DNA from: a virus
Strand: one strand, 5' to 3'
Length of the DNA: 33,440 bases
IMG/VR virus record: IMGVR_UViG_3300045988_163839
The notes below the pieces were generated by a model. The model was not told the DNA's origin. It saw nothing but the letters and a program-made list of their open reading frames with translations, and did no database searches. This document shows positions 13,208 through 22,968 of this stretch, piece after piece. Position 1 is the first letter of the stretch, and every line of letters begins with the position of its first letter. The translations under genes were made by a program, and so were the position numbers.

Positions 13208-13690
13208 TTATATTCTCCTGCTGCCGCTGGTGGCCGCAACATTGCCGCCTGCGCGCGCATTTATCAAGCCTATTGAGATATTTTCCGAGGCGGCGCTTAG
13301 GTTTATCTTAGCCTGGTTTATCGCGTATCCGGCAACAGTAGTAACGGTTGACATAACCGCACCGGCTACCGCGCCCCACAATCCTCCTACTGCGGCGCCT
13401 ATAGCAATATTCTCAACTATACCGAAAGCCTTACTGCCTACACTGTAAGCAAACTGCATACGTTGCTGCGTCTCAGTCCGTCCGGTCCTTATAGATACGG
13501 TGCTGATACCATATTCAATACCCATACGAACAAACGGCGACACAATACGTTTAAAGGCAAAGTACTCCGCAACATTTTCTTTAGCCTTCGCCCTGCCGGT
13601 ATCCTGAACGCTCTCGCTTTGCGTTTTCTGCGCTATAGGCGATTTTTTCGTAACAGTATCATCTTTTATAACAATTTCATAATCCGCCAT
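13208..13690 (-). CDS. Structural protein with a Gly/Ala-rich hydrophobic C-terminal half (160 aa)
   Basis: Contains IAIGAAVGGLWGAVAGAVMSTVTTVAGY. RBS TGGAGA. Could be an internal/ejection protein or a very short tape-measure-like protein. Confidence 0.65.
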   Translation of the reverse strand: MADYEIVIKDDTVTKKSPIAQKTQSESVQDTGRAKAKENVAEYFAFKRIVSPFVRMGIEYGISTVSIRTGRTETQQRMQFAYSVGSKAFGIVENIAIGAAVGGLWGAVAGAVMSTVTTVAGYAINQAKINLSAASENISIGLINARAGGNVAATSGSRRI

Positions 13691-14528
13691 TATCTATCTC
13701 CAATGCCTCTATAAGCGATATTGATTGACCTATATTTTCAACGCCTCGAGCAGTAATGTTGCTGGTTGCGAAAATCATGTTAAATTCACCGCTTATACCG
13801 GCGTATGATAAAGTGACCTTATGTACCGATTTATCTTTTTGAATAAGAAATTTTGCAAATTCCAGAGTAAGTAAATTATTTTCGAGAGCCGGTACTGAAA
13901 TCTGCAATTCCAAAGCGTATCCGGTTGAATAATTTTTAACCGCACCATCACTGTCAGAAAAAGCGCCTCCGTCCGTTACCGGCGTACATATCAAAGACAT
14001 TTCCGTGAACGAAACAACCTCGCCGTCAAACGTCACTTGATAATCCAAAGAGTTTATGCCGCTTTCAACAAAGGAATAAAAAACATTAAACTGATAAGTA
14101 ATGCTTTCGCCGAAATCTATAGACGGACGCTGAGTAAGCTCTCCCGCCTGAGGTTGACTGCCGTAAACCGATACCGAATATTTTGTCTTGTCTCCGTCCG
14201 TCATCAACGTAACGAAAGGCTTGGACGTAAACGCGGATATGGCTTCACGTACAGGAGATAAACTGTCCTGCGTGGGTTTATCAGGATCTATAGGCACGGC
14301 TACCACTATCGACAATGTCTGAGTTGCCACGGACAAATTGTTTATCGGAACAATCGCGCTTTCCGCTATTTGAGCAATCCCCTCAATAAGCACGGTAACC
14401 GAATTATTTTCACGTACCGGAGGGACATAATCCCCTCCGTCGGGAATTATACTGAACGCCATGCCGCCGGGCAGCAAAGCGTTAAGAGAATTGTTTATAT
14501 TATCCATAAGCTGCGTAACGGGTATCAT
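13677..14528 (-). CDS. Structural protein of the neck/tail region (283 aa)
   Basis: RBS GAGGAGG. Call is positional. Confidence 0.7.
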   Translation of the reverse strand: MIPVTQLMDNINNSLNALLPGGMAFSIIPDGGDYVPPVRENNSVTVLIEGIAQIAESAIVPINNLSVATQTLSIVVAVPIDPDKPTQDSLSPVREAISAFTSKPFVTLMTDGDKTKYSVSVYGSQPQAGELTQRPSIDFGESITYQFNVFYSFVESGINSLDYQVTFDGEVVSFTEMSLICTPVTDGGAFSDSDGAVKNYSTGYALELQISVPALENNLLTLEFAKFLIQKDKSVHKVTLSYAGISGEFNMIFATSNITARGVENIGQSISLIEALEIDNGGL

Positions 14529-14899
14529 TGTTTACCTCCTCTTCTTTTCAATTCAGCTCCCGGAAGACTTGACATATAACTTTTTACTACTATTTCGGCA
14601 GCACGGTCAAACCAGCCCTGATTAGGGTTTTTATGTCCTTTCCATTTCGGGCTTATCCACTCCTCATTTGTGTAAGGCACATACGGCGCGATTTTATCAT
14701 CTACGTATATAACGGCCTGAAAAGGGCTTAAAAACCTTATTTTGGACGCATTAAAAGCCATATTGCCGGTGCTTCCTCGCTGGCGATTGCCGTAAGCGTT
14801 TACATAATATCCCACTCCCCTTGTTTCAGGATTAGGCACCGCGGCCTTAAATCTCTTAAAAGCAAGCAAACAAATACGCTTGAAATTATTATTATTCAT
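14525..14899 (-). CDS. Neck/tail-completion region protein (124 aa from ATG 14899; the track start 14908 is a TTG)
   Basis: AAGGGG lies 10 nt upstream of the ATG at 14899. Call is positional. Confidence 0.65.
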   Translation of the reverse strand: MNNNNFKRICLLAFKRFKAAVPNPETRGVGYYVNAYGNRQRGSTGNMAFNASKIRFLSPFQAVIYVDDKIAPYVPYTNEEWISPKWKGHKNPNQGWFDRAAEIVVKSYMSSLPGAELKRRGGKQ

Positions 14900-14900
14900 A

Positions 14901-15263
14901 TCACACAAGCCCCTTAGGATTATTAACTCCTATCAAAGCTATGATAAATTCCGCAGTCGGGTTTTCGGCTAAAAATCGCAGGGCCTCGTTATTGTTATTA
15001 TCCGTTTGCACCTGCTCTATCGTCCAAAATTGTCCGTCCTGCGTGGAAACATAACCCTTCGGTTTAAAACCGCAATCCCATGCAGTACGAATTACAAGGC
15101 CCTCGCGCGTAGTAATTAAATTGTTAATTATCTCTGAATACCCTTTACTGGGCCTGTCCACTATAGAATAATCGAACCACATAGGACTGCTTTTAGGCGT
15201 ATCTCTGTAGCTGCCCGTCATAACATAGCCGCGGCGCGGTTTTAAAAAATCCAATGCGTCCAT
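14901..15263 (-). CDS. Head-tail joining region protein (120 aa from ATG 15263)
   Basis: RBS GGAGGGAGGA lies 7 nt upstream of ATG 15263. The longer track ORF overlaps the upstream gene. Confidence 0.65.
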   Translation of the reverse strand: MDALDFLKPRRGYVMTGSYRDTPKSSPMWFDYSIVDRPSKGYSEIINNLITTREGLVIRTAWDCGFKPKGYVSTQDGQFWTIEQVQTDNNNNEALRFLAENPTAEFIIALIGVNNPKGLV

Positions 15264-15264
15264 A

Positions 15265-15741
15265 TCAATATCCTCCCTCCTTATAATCCGGCGGACAAAA
15301 TCTATAAGCCATAATACTTGTAAGAGGAACTCCTGTTTCGTTAACCGTCTGATCAAGTATTATTTTAGCCTGCATGTCCATATATGCGATTCTGTCCTCT
15401 TCCTTAGGACTGCGCGTCAAATCTCCTACGCTCATCAAATAAGCAAGCTGCTGCGCCATAGCGTCCTTTATGATTTCTCTGGCCGAGGGGCACTTTGCTA
15501 TTATCCATTGCTGCGCCCGCCTGTTAGAATTAAAATTAAATATATAATTGTAAACGTGCAAGCTGGCAGTATTAAGCATACTATTTATAACAGCCTGATT
15601 ACCGACTGCTCTGCCGCCGCTCACTCGCCGCTGTATATCTATTCCCAGCACATCAGTAACATATTTAAGCGTCAAGACATAGCGGTGCGTTGCGTAGTCA
15701 TAGCGCATATATTCGTCGGAATACGGAAAAGATTGTGCCAT
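15265..15741 (-). CDS. Head-tail connector/adaptor candidate (158 aa)
   Basis: First gene after the capsid gene and its hairpin. RBS TAGGAGAA. Confidence 0.65.
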   Translation of the reverse strand: MAQSFPYSDEYMRYDYATHRYVLTLKYVTDVLGIDIQRRVSGGRAVGNQAVINSMLNTASLHVYNYIFNFNSNRRAQQWIIAKCPSAREIIKDAMAQQLAYLMSVGDLTRSPKEEDRIAYMDMQAKIILDQTVNETGVPLTSIMAYRFCPPDYKEGGY

Positions 15742-15774
15742 TGTTTTATTCTCCTATATTTTTGTTTAATGGAA

Positions 15775-15801
15775 AGGGGCTTTGATAAGCTCAAAACCCC
15801 T
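15775..15801 (-). terminator. Stem-loop after the capsid gene (attenuator/weak terminator)
   Basis: 11-bp stem AGGGGTTTTGA / TCAAAGCCCCT on the minus strand (one G-U) with a 5-nt loop. Only a weak T-tract follows. Confidence 0.4.
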
Positions 15802-15830
15802 CGGAAAAGCTGTTTATTATCACGCTAGAT

Positions 15831-16898
15831 TTATGCCGCCGTAAACGAGCCGGGAGCCTGCAGATACATGGGCGTAGTAGGTACTGCTGTTCCATTGGCA
15901 AGTATGGGCACAATACCCTTGCCGTAACAAACGTTAATACCCCAACGCGGCTTGGGCTGCAATCTCTTGCCTGCGCCGTTAGGCGAATCTATAATCTTTA
16001 TATAGTCCTGTGTAGAAATACCGCGGTCGGTAGCAGAAGCAGCAAGCATTATGGCCTTAACAGCATCAAAGGTGCTTGCGCCGCCCTGAGTGTTGGTATC
16101 TTCACTTGTGGTATATGTCCACGAACCAGCATTCTGCCAAATCGCAGAAGGCGCCACATAACACGGAACAAGGTCAATCTCTCCAACGTACATATTACCC
16201 CACTCTTTCCTTGCGTCGGGAGAAACGCCGCCTTTAGCGATCATGGACTGTGCATAGTTAGAACCACCTATAAGCACACCCGATTCACTCATAAGCGATG
16301 ATCTGAATTGCGGACGCATTATTAGTTCGCGTTCCTCAAAAGGGAAAGCTTGAATACCGTTTGCAAAATCACCGTCATCAAGCATAGTGCTTGCTTCCTG
16401 TACCGCCGCATAGTAACCGCCCGTCGCTGGCAATACAACCGCAATATCCGTCCACGCATTCGCTGTGTCTGCCGCATTAAAGCGATTTACAAGCTGTTCC
16501 GCCAAAGTAGAGCCGTTTATATTGGTTGCAATCGCGCCGCCGATATTCTTGGTTGTAGCGTCGAAAATATTGACTGGACACATATCCTGCTGCACTTCGG
16601 GCAAGTCAAAGTTTTGGTCGAGCATGTACAAAAGATTAAGGTCGTATTCTATCACCTGCGGTACCTGCGCAGCATTTTCGTTGAAAAAGTTACCGTTAGT
16701 TGGCGCACCCAAAGCACGCGCCTTTACGTCAATCGGAGGCACTTTGAGCATACGCAAGGTCGAAACATTAGTTCCCTCCTGCTGCGTTACTCCGTAACCG
16801 TTTTTATGTATAAGGTCAACGAAAATGTTTTCCTTAATCTGTTTTGCCGCAAGCACCTGCGTTGCGGTGTTATTCACATTATAAACCATAGTTCCCAT
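15831..16898 (-). CDS. Major capsid protein (355 aa)
   Basis: Size and position after the scaffold, strong RBS AAGGAGAA, and a hairpin downstream. Confidence 0.8.
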   Translation of the reverse strand: MGTMVYNVNNTATQVLAAKQIKENIFVDLIHKNGYGVTQQEGTNVSTLRMLKVPPIDVKARALGAPTNGNFFNENAAQVPQVIEYDLNLLYMLDQNFDLPEVQQDMCPVNIFDATTKNIGGAIATNINGSTLAEQLVNRFNAADTANAWTDIAVVLPATGGYYAAVQEASTMLDDGDFANGIQAFPFEERELIMRPQFRSSLMSESGVLIGGSNYAQSMIAKGGVSPDARKEWGNMYVGEIDLVPCYVAPSAIWQNAGSWTYTTSEDTNTQGGASTFDAVKAIMLAASATDRGISTQDYIKIIDSPNGAGKRLQPKPRWGINVCYGKGIVPILANGTAVPTTPMYLQAPGSFTAA

Positions 16899-16918
16899 AA
16901 TTTAATATTCTCCTTGTT

Positions 16919-17485
16919 TTAGTATTCACCGGTAAGTATGCCGCGTTTCAGCTCGTCTGCTGACATATCGCGCATATCTTTCTTGCCTCCGGCAGGGCGC
17001 TCCGCATAACCGAATTTTTCTTCTTGTCTGCGAGTATAGTCCTCCATTTTTTCTTTAAGCGAAATAAAGTCTTTAATCTCTTCCTCCAAAGCGCTGATAC
17101 GAGAAGATAACGCCTGTAAAGCATCATCGCTGTTATCAGCTTCTTTTTCATTATCAGACTTTTCTTGTACTTCCATTTCGTCTTTCTTTTCCTCTGCGCT
17201 TTCAATCTCCTCCTCTCGCTTTTCGTCTGTCGCATCGGTTTCACCGATTTCCGAAACGTCGCCTTCGCCGTCTGCGTGCTCAGCGCCTAAAGCTTCATGC
17301 TCGCGGTCGGCTGCACTCTGACTGTCCTCGTTTCCATCGGCTTTTTCCTGCGCTGCTATGCTTTCATGCACTCGGTCGGCAATGGATTGACGAAAGCTTT
17401 TCTTGTCGTCATCTGACAAATCTTCATAAGCCTTCATTATTTCTTCTAAAGTAAAAGGCTTCTTTTTGTCTTTTCTTTCAAACAT
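16919..17485 (-). CDS. Scaffolding protein (188 aa, highly acidic and helical)
   Basis: D/E/K-rich low-complexity helical protein immediately upstream of the capsid gene. RBS TAGGAGGAG. Confidence 0.7.
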   Translation of the reverse strand: MFERKDKKKPFTLEEIMKAYEDLSDDDKKSFRQSIADRVHESIAAQEKADGNEDSQSAADREHEALGAEHADGEGDVSEIGETDATDEKREEEIESAEEKKDEMEVQEKSDNEKEADNSDDALQALSSRISALEEEIKDFISLKEKMEDYTRRQEEKFGYAERPAGGKKDMRDMSADELKRGILTGEY

Positions 17486-17663
17486 ATTGTTTTTCTCCTC
17501 CTATAAGTTTTTTGAACGTTCGTTATCTTGCCCTTGCATTTTTGCTTAACGTTACCTTTTGTCCATACTCACGGCTGTGTCGTTTTCCTGACGATACTCT
17601 GTCAAGCTTATTTTGCAGCGTGCTTTCTTCCCCCTGCACGCGGGACTTCTACGGGGGTATATT

Positions 17664-17702
17664 AAAAAAACGGTTGCACTCCGATTTTCGGTACAACACC
17701 GC
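17664..17702 (-). terminator. Imperfect hairpin plus T7 run after the head-morphogenesis gene
   Basis: Minus strand reads GGTGTTGTACCGAAAATCGGAGTGCAACC followed by TTTTTTT. A ~160-nt non-coding gap precedes the scaffold gene. Confidence 0.45.
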
Positions 17703-17707
17703 TCTTT

Positions 17708-18730
17708 TTATATCGCTGTCCGCATCGGATAAAAAGCTCGCTCGTTTTCCTTGCTGAATTTCATATAATTGGCGTATAAGGTCGCTGCTTTTTTGCGCGC
17801 TTCCAGGTACCATGTTTTGTTAATGTCCTTCAGCATAAGCGCTTCCACGCGCTTCCTCCTTACCGCCCTTTCCATAGCCCGCTGTCTGAGCGTAACCGCA
17901 TACTCCGCTTTCCTTTCTTCCGCTGAAATCGTCGGCAGCAGTTGGCCTTCATACGGCCTAAGCTCATGCCTACAATTAAAGCCGAGCAATCCATTTTTAT
18001 AAGTCCGCCCGGCTTTCGTCGTATAATATATTTCAGTCGCTAGTTCCAACGGCACGTATCTATGTCCGTCCACTACTCCGTATGTACCGTCTAAACTGTA
18101 CACGCGCCCCTGCCACGGTGCGCAACGATCAGAGCAATCCGCATGGCTCGAACAAACAACCAGCTTTATCCCCGACGCCTTAAGCTCCTCGATACGGTCT
18201 AAATGCGCCTGATAACGCGTCTCCATTTCCGCGAGGTTCCGCAGACTGTTACGTCCTGAATAATCATTTGGATCCAATGCTACGCTCTCAATAAGCCTGT
18301 CAATCGTGGGTTTAACTTTTTGGTCCCACACATCCTTATAGTACTTATGAAGCGGCACGCCCATATCCGTTACAGGCGCGTTAAAACGCCTAAATTCGCG
18401 CGCTATTCTGCTTTCCGTCTGTTTATCGGGACGAAAGTCTTTCGCCGCGTATTGCCCCAAAATAAGTATTATTTCGGGCGGTAAAGCCGATTCCTCCCAT
18501 ATAAGCCTTTGCCGATTGGCAAAATTCCATAAACTTTGCTGCGCGTCCGCTTTAAGTCGCGTAATTTTTCCCTGAGATACGGCTCTGTTAATTACTCCTC
18601 CCAAAGCTCTGTACGTTGCGGCATAAGGCGACCGATGAAGAAAAGCGCGTTTGACAATATCGCGTATTCTCGTCTGCGCATCCTCTAACGTCTGCGCGTA
18701 AATATTAAGCCGACCGTTCGCGTCCTGCAT
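17708..18730 (-). CDS. Head morphogenesis / minor capsid protein, SPP1 gp7 / Mu F-like (340 aa)
   Basis: Motifs HADCSDRCAPWQGRVYS and GFNCRH, typical of the family. Located directly after the portal gene. Confidence 0.8.
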   Translation of the reverse strand: MQDANGRLNIYAQTLEDAQTRIRDIVKRAFLHRSPYAATYRALGGVINRAVSQGKITRLKADAQQSLWNFANRQRLIWEESALPPEIILILGQYAAKDFRPDKQTESRIAREFRRFNAPVTDMGVPLHKYYKDVWDQKVKPTIDRLIESVALDPNDYSGRNSLRNLAEMETRYQAHLDRIEELKASGIKLVVCSSHADCSDRCAPWQGRVYSLDGTYGVVDGHRYVPLELATEIYYTTKAGRTYKNGLLGFNCRHELRPYEGQLLPTISAEERKAEYAVTLRQRAMERAVRRKRVEALMLKDINKTWYLEARKKAATLYANYMKFSKENERAFYPMRTAI

Positions 18731-18735
18731 CGTTT

Positions 18736-20355
18736 TTATCTTACTCCCGATTCATTGTAGTAATCGCTGTCGTTAAACGGATATTGACCGTAGCTTTCAC
18801 GTTTATCCCGCTCGGCTTGCTCTTCCTGGACAAGCTTGTAATCCTCTGCATTCTGCTCTTCGTCGTCGTCATAGTTAAACGCGCTATGTGCCTTTTTCTC
18901 GGAAATAAGGTGACTGTTGACGGCACGCGACAATACGTCAACTAATACGGTAGTGTTAGTCGTACCTGCTCTCGACCACCTCACTTCCACGTCATCGGTA
19001 TAACCGTAAAATCTTAAAACGTCAGAAATACAATCATTAAGCGGTTTTTCAAAGCGGCGTCGGGCATTCTCTATAAACAACGTTGTAGCACTTTCCTCCG
19101 CGCTTACCTCTCGTGCCGTTCTGTTGCTTCCGTCAGAAAGATATGACGCTAAGGTGCTGACCGAAAACCCGATCCCCGTAGCTATACTTTCTATCAGCAT
19201 ATTACGCGCTTCCTTCCACTCGGCGGCGCGAAGGGCAAACTGTATCGGCTCAGGTTTCTGCTGGTCGGTATTCATCGTTTCAACCTTAGTGTACAAAAAG
19301 TCGTCAAGCCCTGCGTTTTGCGCTCCCGTTTTTGCCATAGGCGATTGCATTCCTTTAGGAACCAATATACGTCCGCGAGCAAGATACATATCCGTATTAA
19401 AACAAGTGTTGTAAAAATCATATTCGTATAAATACGTCAATATATTCGCCAATAGGCTTTCTCCTAAGCCTACTTGTGGAATGTTGGAAACATCGTCACT
19501 TCCTTTAAGATAATAACAGCCTAAGCTTTTAAAACCGTTTAACGCTAACGGCTTATTTAGCCGGCAAGTACCATATTCTGCCTTAAATGCCTTGCGCACA
19601 CTTGCGGGCAGATCCTCAAATCGCACAAAATTATCGTTTACCGTAAAATATTGCACTTGCGTTGTTGTATCATAAATCTTATATTCTACCACTGGAATTT
19701 CCTTACCAAAGATACCTATTTGTTCAAAACGACGCTCTTCGATAAGACTATACCTCTTATTGCTGTTTTTATTTGTCGTGGATTCGTAAACAGACAATAA
19801 GGCAACAACTTTACGAAGCTGTCCGCGCCCCGTCTTTTCAAAATAAAACCTATCCGCACGCAGCTTATCTATCCACAAGTTCCCACCGTCATTATTGATT
19901 TTCAAGAGGGAAAAACCGCCCGCAAACGCATCCCTGATTGCACTTTTAACTTTACTGCGAAAATCCGTTTCAAGCGCCCAATCGTTCGATATAAAGTCTA
20001 GCGCCTTGCCTATCTCTTTACCGTTCTTTTCAACTGTTATTTTTGGCTTCCTCGCATTCGCAAACATTAGATTACCGCCAAAAACTTGGTCTGCCGCCCG
20101 ATTGACGATTGTCGTGCCTATACACGTTGAAAGCAATCCGCTTTGCGTTCCGTGAATCCACGGCACGTATCCGTCATACCAATATAACCACAGTCGGACC
20201 CAGTTATTATAAAATGTATAGTATTGCGATGGCAACAACTTGTAAAAGTCGTTGTTATTTGTCCATTGCCATAAGCGCTGATTTGCAACTACGGACAACG
20301 CCATGCGCGACTGTTCTACATTCACACCGTTCATTTCCGTGTTATTGCTTTCCAT
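18736..20355 (-). CDS. Portal protein (539 aa)
   Basis: Size and position between TerL and the Mu F-like gene. RBS GGGAGGA. Confidence 0.75.
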   Translation of the reverse strand: MESNNTEMNGVNVEQSRMALSVVANQRLWQWTNNNDFYKLLPSQYYTFYNNWVRLWLYWYDGYVPWIHGTQSGLLSTCIGTTIVNRAADQVFGGNLMFANARKPKITVEKNGKEIGKALDFISNDWALETDFRSKVKSAIRDAFAGGFSLLKINNDGGNLWIDKLRADRFYFEKTGRGQLRKVVALLSVYESTTNKNSNKRYSLIEERRFEQIGIFGKEIPVVEYKIYDTTTQVQYFTVNDNFVRFEDLPASVRKAFKAEYGTCRLNKPLALNGFKSLGCYYLKGSDDVSNIPQVGLGESLLANILTYLYEYDFYNTCFNTDMYLARGRILVPKGMQSPMAKTGAQNAGLDDFLYTKVETMNTDQQKPEPIQFALRAAEWKEARNMLIESIATGIGFSVSTLASYLSDGSNRTAREVSAEESATTLFIENARRRFEKPLNDCISDVLRFYGYTDDVEVRWSRAGTTNTTVLVDVLSRAVNSHLISEKKAHSAFNYDDDEEQNAEDYKLVQEEQAERDKRESYGQYPFNDSDYYNESGVR

Positions 20356-20689
20356 TATCGTCCTCCCGTCTTAACGCTTTTTCAAGCATATCGTATTGCT
20401 TCTTTGCTCCGGGAGACAGCGACAAGTATTGCATATTCAAATTGCGGCGCAAAATATCGTTTGTCGTGCTTATCTCCGCCAGAATAGACATAAGCACATT
20501 TAGTGCTATGCCGTAAAAGTTGCTTTGAATCCGCTTATGCCTTTGTCCCTCAGTTAATGCCGCGCGCCCCTTCACGCCGTGCGCCTTCGTGGCTCTGTCC
20601 GCCATTTCACACTTATCCCTGTACTCCTCTTCGGTCAACTCTAAGTCACGGTGCAACGCTTCCTCTATGCTTTTTTCTTTTTCATCCAT
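20342..20689 (-). CDS. Hypothetical protein between TerL and portal (115 aa)
   Basis: Its start overlaps the TerL stop and its end overlaps the portal start (coupled). Confidence 0.6.
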   Translation of the reverse strand: MDEKEKSIEEALHRDLELTEEEYRDKCEMADRATKAHGVKGRAALTEGQRHKRIQSNFYGIALNVLMSILAEISTTNDILRRNLNMQYLSLSPGAKKQYDMLEKALRREDDNGKQ

Positions 20690-22065
20690 TAGTCATATGC
20701 TCCTTTCCTTTCAGGCAAATATAAATTGTCCGGATTATTAAAATACACGTTCACGCCGTAAGTCAGCGCGTCCGTGTAATCGTTCGGGATTGTCGGATCA
20801 AGTTTATAATCTTTCCAGACTACCGATTCTAATTGATATATAAGCGGTTCGGTGTCCACAGTCGTTGGAACAAAACGATTATAGTAAAAATCATTATATC
20901 CGCCGAAATCTACAATCTTTATCATGTTTTTTGCAAAACAGTTATTTACAACCGCATTATTGTTTATAATGTTTTTTTGCGTAAATCCTTTAACAATGTG
21001 ATATCCATATATTTGATACCGTAATTGCGTTATTAAATCCGCCGCCGCGCAATCGATTGCAAAATAGCTTCCAACGTTCTGTTCATATATATCGTACCGC
21101 TCGCATATTTCGTCCACATAACGTATAATCATTTCCGTTATCTGTGATGGAGCTAAAATAATACCTGTTTCTTGTGGGTTATAATAAAATCGTTCTAGTA
21201 CGTAACCGCGGCCGTTGCTATATACGGCTATCGGAATTATCCCCGTGCTGTCTTTCGTTATTGCACCGTCACCGCCCCAAATTATGTAACATAATCTTTG
21301 CCCGGCCGTTTCGCGCTGCCACTGCGATACGGAAATATAATGCTTGTCTCTCTTGAATTGCGCATAAGCTCCGCCCGCCAAGTCGTTTAATTCACCCAAA
21401 TATAGAAATTTATACATTTGTGGGTTATACTTACGTTCGTTCTCGATTTCTTCAAGCGTTACCGGAGACAAGTATTTTTTTATGCTCAAATAGTTAGCAT
21501 CAATAAATTCGTAAACGTCAGCAAACCTGTATTTGCGGCAATATGCGTTCCACCAATGCGCTTTAACCATTTCAGGATTGCCCGCAATAATAATTCTCGA
21601 TTGAATTTTGCTATCCACCGAACGAATAAAAGTAGCTATCGCCTGTCGCAAAGACTGTTCATCTTTTAATTGCTGAGCCTCGTCGCATATTATTAACGAC
21701 AACGGCTTTGTGCCCTTGAATCCCTTTGATCTGCTGTAATCGCTACCGCCAATGCCTTTGAAAAATATCGTGTTGCCTTTGCGCGTCTTAATTCGCAACG
21801 GACTTTTCAGTGGATAATAAAAATCACTCGTGCCGTTGCTTTCGGCGAAAGAGATGATCTCGTTGTATAGACTGTCCTCTAAGCTGTTATAATGTGCTCG
21901 AGTTACAACTATATCATGCTTGGGATATTTATTCGCAAATAAATAAACCGTCTGTCCTAAAGCAAACGATTTTCCCGAAATACGTGGAGAATACATCACC
22001 ACCGTTGTTTTATCCGTCGTTAATATGCGCTCGTATGGCCGCGCCATTTCAATGACTTGTTTCAT
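20689..22065 (-). CDS. terL: Terminase large subunit (458 aa)
   Basis: Walker A-like YSPRISGKS and Walker B-like LIICDEAQ. ATGA coupling to TerS. Confidence 0.9.
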   Translation of the reverse strand: MKQVIEMARPYERILTTDKTTVVMYSPRISGKSFALGQTVYLFANKYPKHDIVVTRAHYNSLEDSLYNEIISFAESNGTSDFYYPLKSPLRIKTRKGNTIFFKGIGGSDYSRSKGFKGTKPLSLIICDEAQQLKDEQSLRQAIATFIRSVDSKIQSRIIIAGNPEMVKAHWWNAYCRKYRFADVYEFIDANYLSIKKYLSPVTLEEIENERKYNPQMYKFLYLGELNDLAGGAYAQFKRDKHYISVSQWQRETAGQRLCYIIWGGDGAITKDSTGIIPIAVYSNGRGYVLERFYYNPQETGIILAPSQITEMIIRYVDEICERYDIYEQNVGSYFAIDCAAADLITQLRYQIYGYHIVKGFTQKNIINNNAVVNNCFAKNMIKIVDFGGYNDFYYNRFVPTTVDTEPLIYQLESVVWKDYKLDPTIPNDYTDALTYGVNVYFNNPDNLYLPERKGAYD

Positions 22066-22439
22066 ATTCCTCCGTCCACGCTTGCATCCACTGGGACAAC
22101 AACAATTTCCGTCGCGGCGTCGTCCGATTCCGCTTTTACAGCACTTAACGCTTCGCGCAATATTTGCGCCGCTTTCGTCCGCTCTTTCGTCTGTTCATCC
22201 GTATTCCGCATTGTGTCGGACAAATAAGTCAATACTTCGTCTATCGTCGCAATACGGCTCGATTTCGCGTTTTCTTTTATCTCTTGTAAATATTTTTGAA
22301 TGTCAACATTTGTCAACAATCTCTGCCCTATTGCTCGTGCCGTTTTTTCGCTGTAACCCGCCTTTCTCGCCGCCTCAGCTGCATTGAAACATGCGGCATA
22401 ATGCTCGGCAAATGCTTTCTGTTTCTCGTTTAACGCCAC
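22062..22439 (-). CDS. terS: Terminase small subunit (125 aa, GTG start)
   Basis: N-terminus ALNEKQKAFAEHYAACFNAAEAARKAGYSEKTARAIGQRLL is typical of the Terminase_2 family. RBS AAGGAGG. Confidence 0.85.
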   Translation of the reverse strand: MALNEKQKAFAEHYAACFNAAEAARKAGYSEKTARAIGQRLLTNVDIQKYLQEIKENAKSSRIATIDEVLTYLSDTMRNTDEQTKERTKAAQILREALSAVKAESDDAATEIVVVPVDASVDGGI

Positions 22440-22463
22440 ATGGCTCTACCTCCTTTTTTGCAT

Positions 22464-22489
22464 GAAAAAAGCACCGTGGTGCGGTGCTT
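22464..22489 (-). terminator. Rho-independent terminator immediately upstream of the terS RBS
   Basis: Minus strand reads AGCACCG-CACCA-CGGTGCT followed by TTTTTT. Only about 10 nt separate the T-run from the terS Shine-Dalgarno. Confidence 0.7.
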
Positions 22490-22494
22490 TGGTG

Positions 22495-22677
22495 CTATTG
22501 TTCATATCCCATTATCTTTGCTTCACAAGGTATTATAAAATACACTACTCGTATGCTTCCTCCCTTTGACAATTCTATGTCGCAAACGGCCGCTCGTTCA
22601 TATTTTCGCCTTACTCCGTTCATCTCATAAATTACCGTGCATTCGCCAAGCTTTAATTCTTCATAATTCGTTATCAT
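22495..22677 (-). CDS. Hypothetical small protein (60 aa)
   Basis: RBS AAAGGAGG. Has its own palindrome-containing promoter upstream. Confidence 0.6.
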   Translation of the reverse strand: MITNYEELKLGECTVIYEMNGVRRKYERAAVCDIELSKGGSIRVVYFIIPCEAKIMGYEQ

Positions 22678-22706
22678 AACCGTAACCTCCTTTTGATTAC
22701 AGTTAT

Positions 22707-22736
22707 ATTATATACCCACACAGGTATATATGTCAA
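22707..22736 (-). promoter_or_regulatory. Promoter with an embedded 8-N6-8 palindrome
   Basis: Minus strand reads TTGACA (22736-22731), 18 nt, TATAAT (22712-22707). The palindrome TATATACC-TGTGTG-GGTATATA spans 22709-22730. Confidence 0.6.
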
Positions 22737-22765
22737 CTGTTTTAAGAAAGTTTTTTGAAAATATA

Positions 22766-22960
22766 CTAGTTTTTTTTCGAGCGCTCTATATCTTCGCGGA
22801 TAAGTCGTTTTATATAAGGCGCATAGCCATTACCGCTCGCTATTTCTTCGTCTAGCTTTTTTAAAATATCTTGCTCAGACGGATAGACGGCTATCGCTAA
22901 TCGTTTTGCCTTAGCTTCGTATTTCTTGCTCGCTCTTTTTTGCGCTTCGGTCTTTGGCAT
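22766..22960 (-). CDS. Small basic protein, ribbon-helix-helix-like (64 aa)
   Basis: N-terminal KRASKKYEAKAKRLAIAVYPSE beta-strand-like segment, then two helices. RHH assignment is tentative. Confidence 0.5.
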   Translation of the reverse strand: MPKTEAQKRASKKYEAKAKRLAIAVYPSEQDILKKLDEEIASGNGYAPYIKRLIREDIERSKKN

Positions 22961-22968
22961 ATTTTACC

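Noticed and set aside
17486-17663. Possible small RNA or promoter in the ~160-nt gap before the scaffold gene (TTGACA at 17603-17598 on the minus strand, GC hairpins around 17620-17660)
   Set aside because: No acceptable -10 lies at the right spacing. The hairpins are short and mutually exclusive. There is not enough evidence to call a feature.
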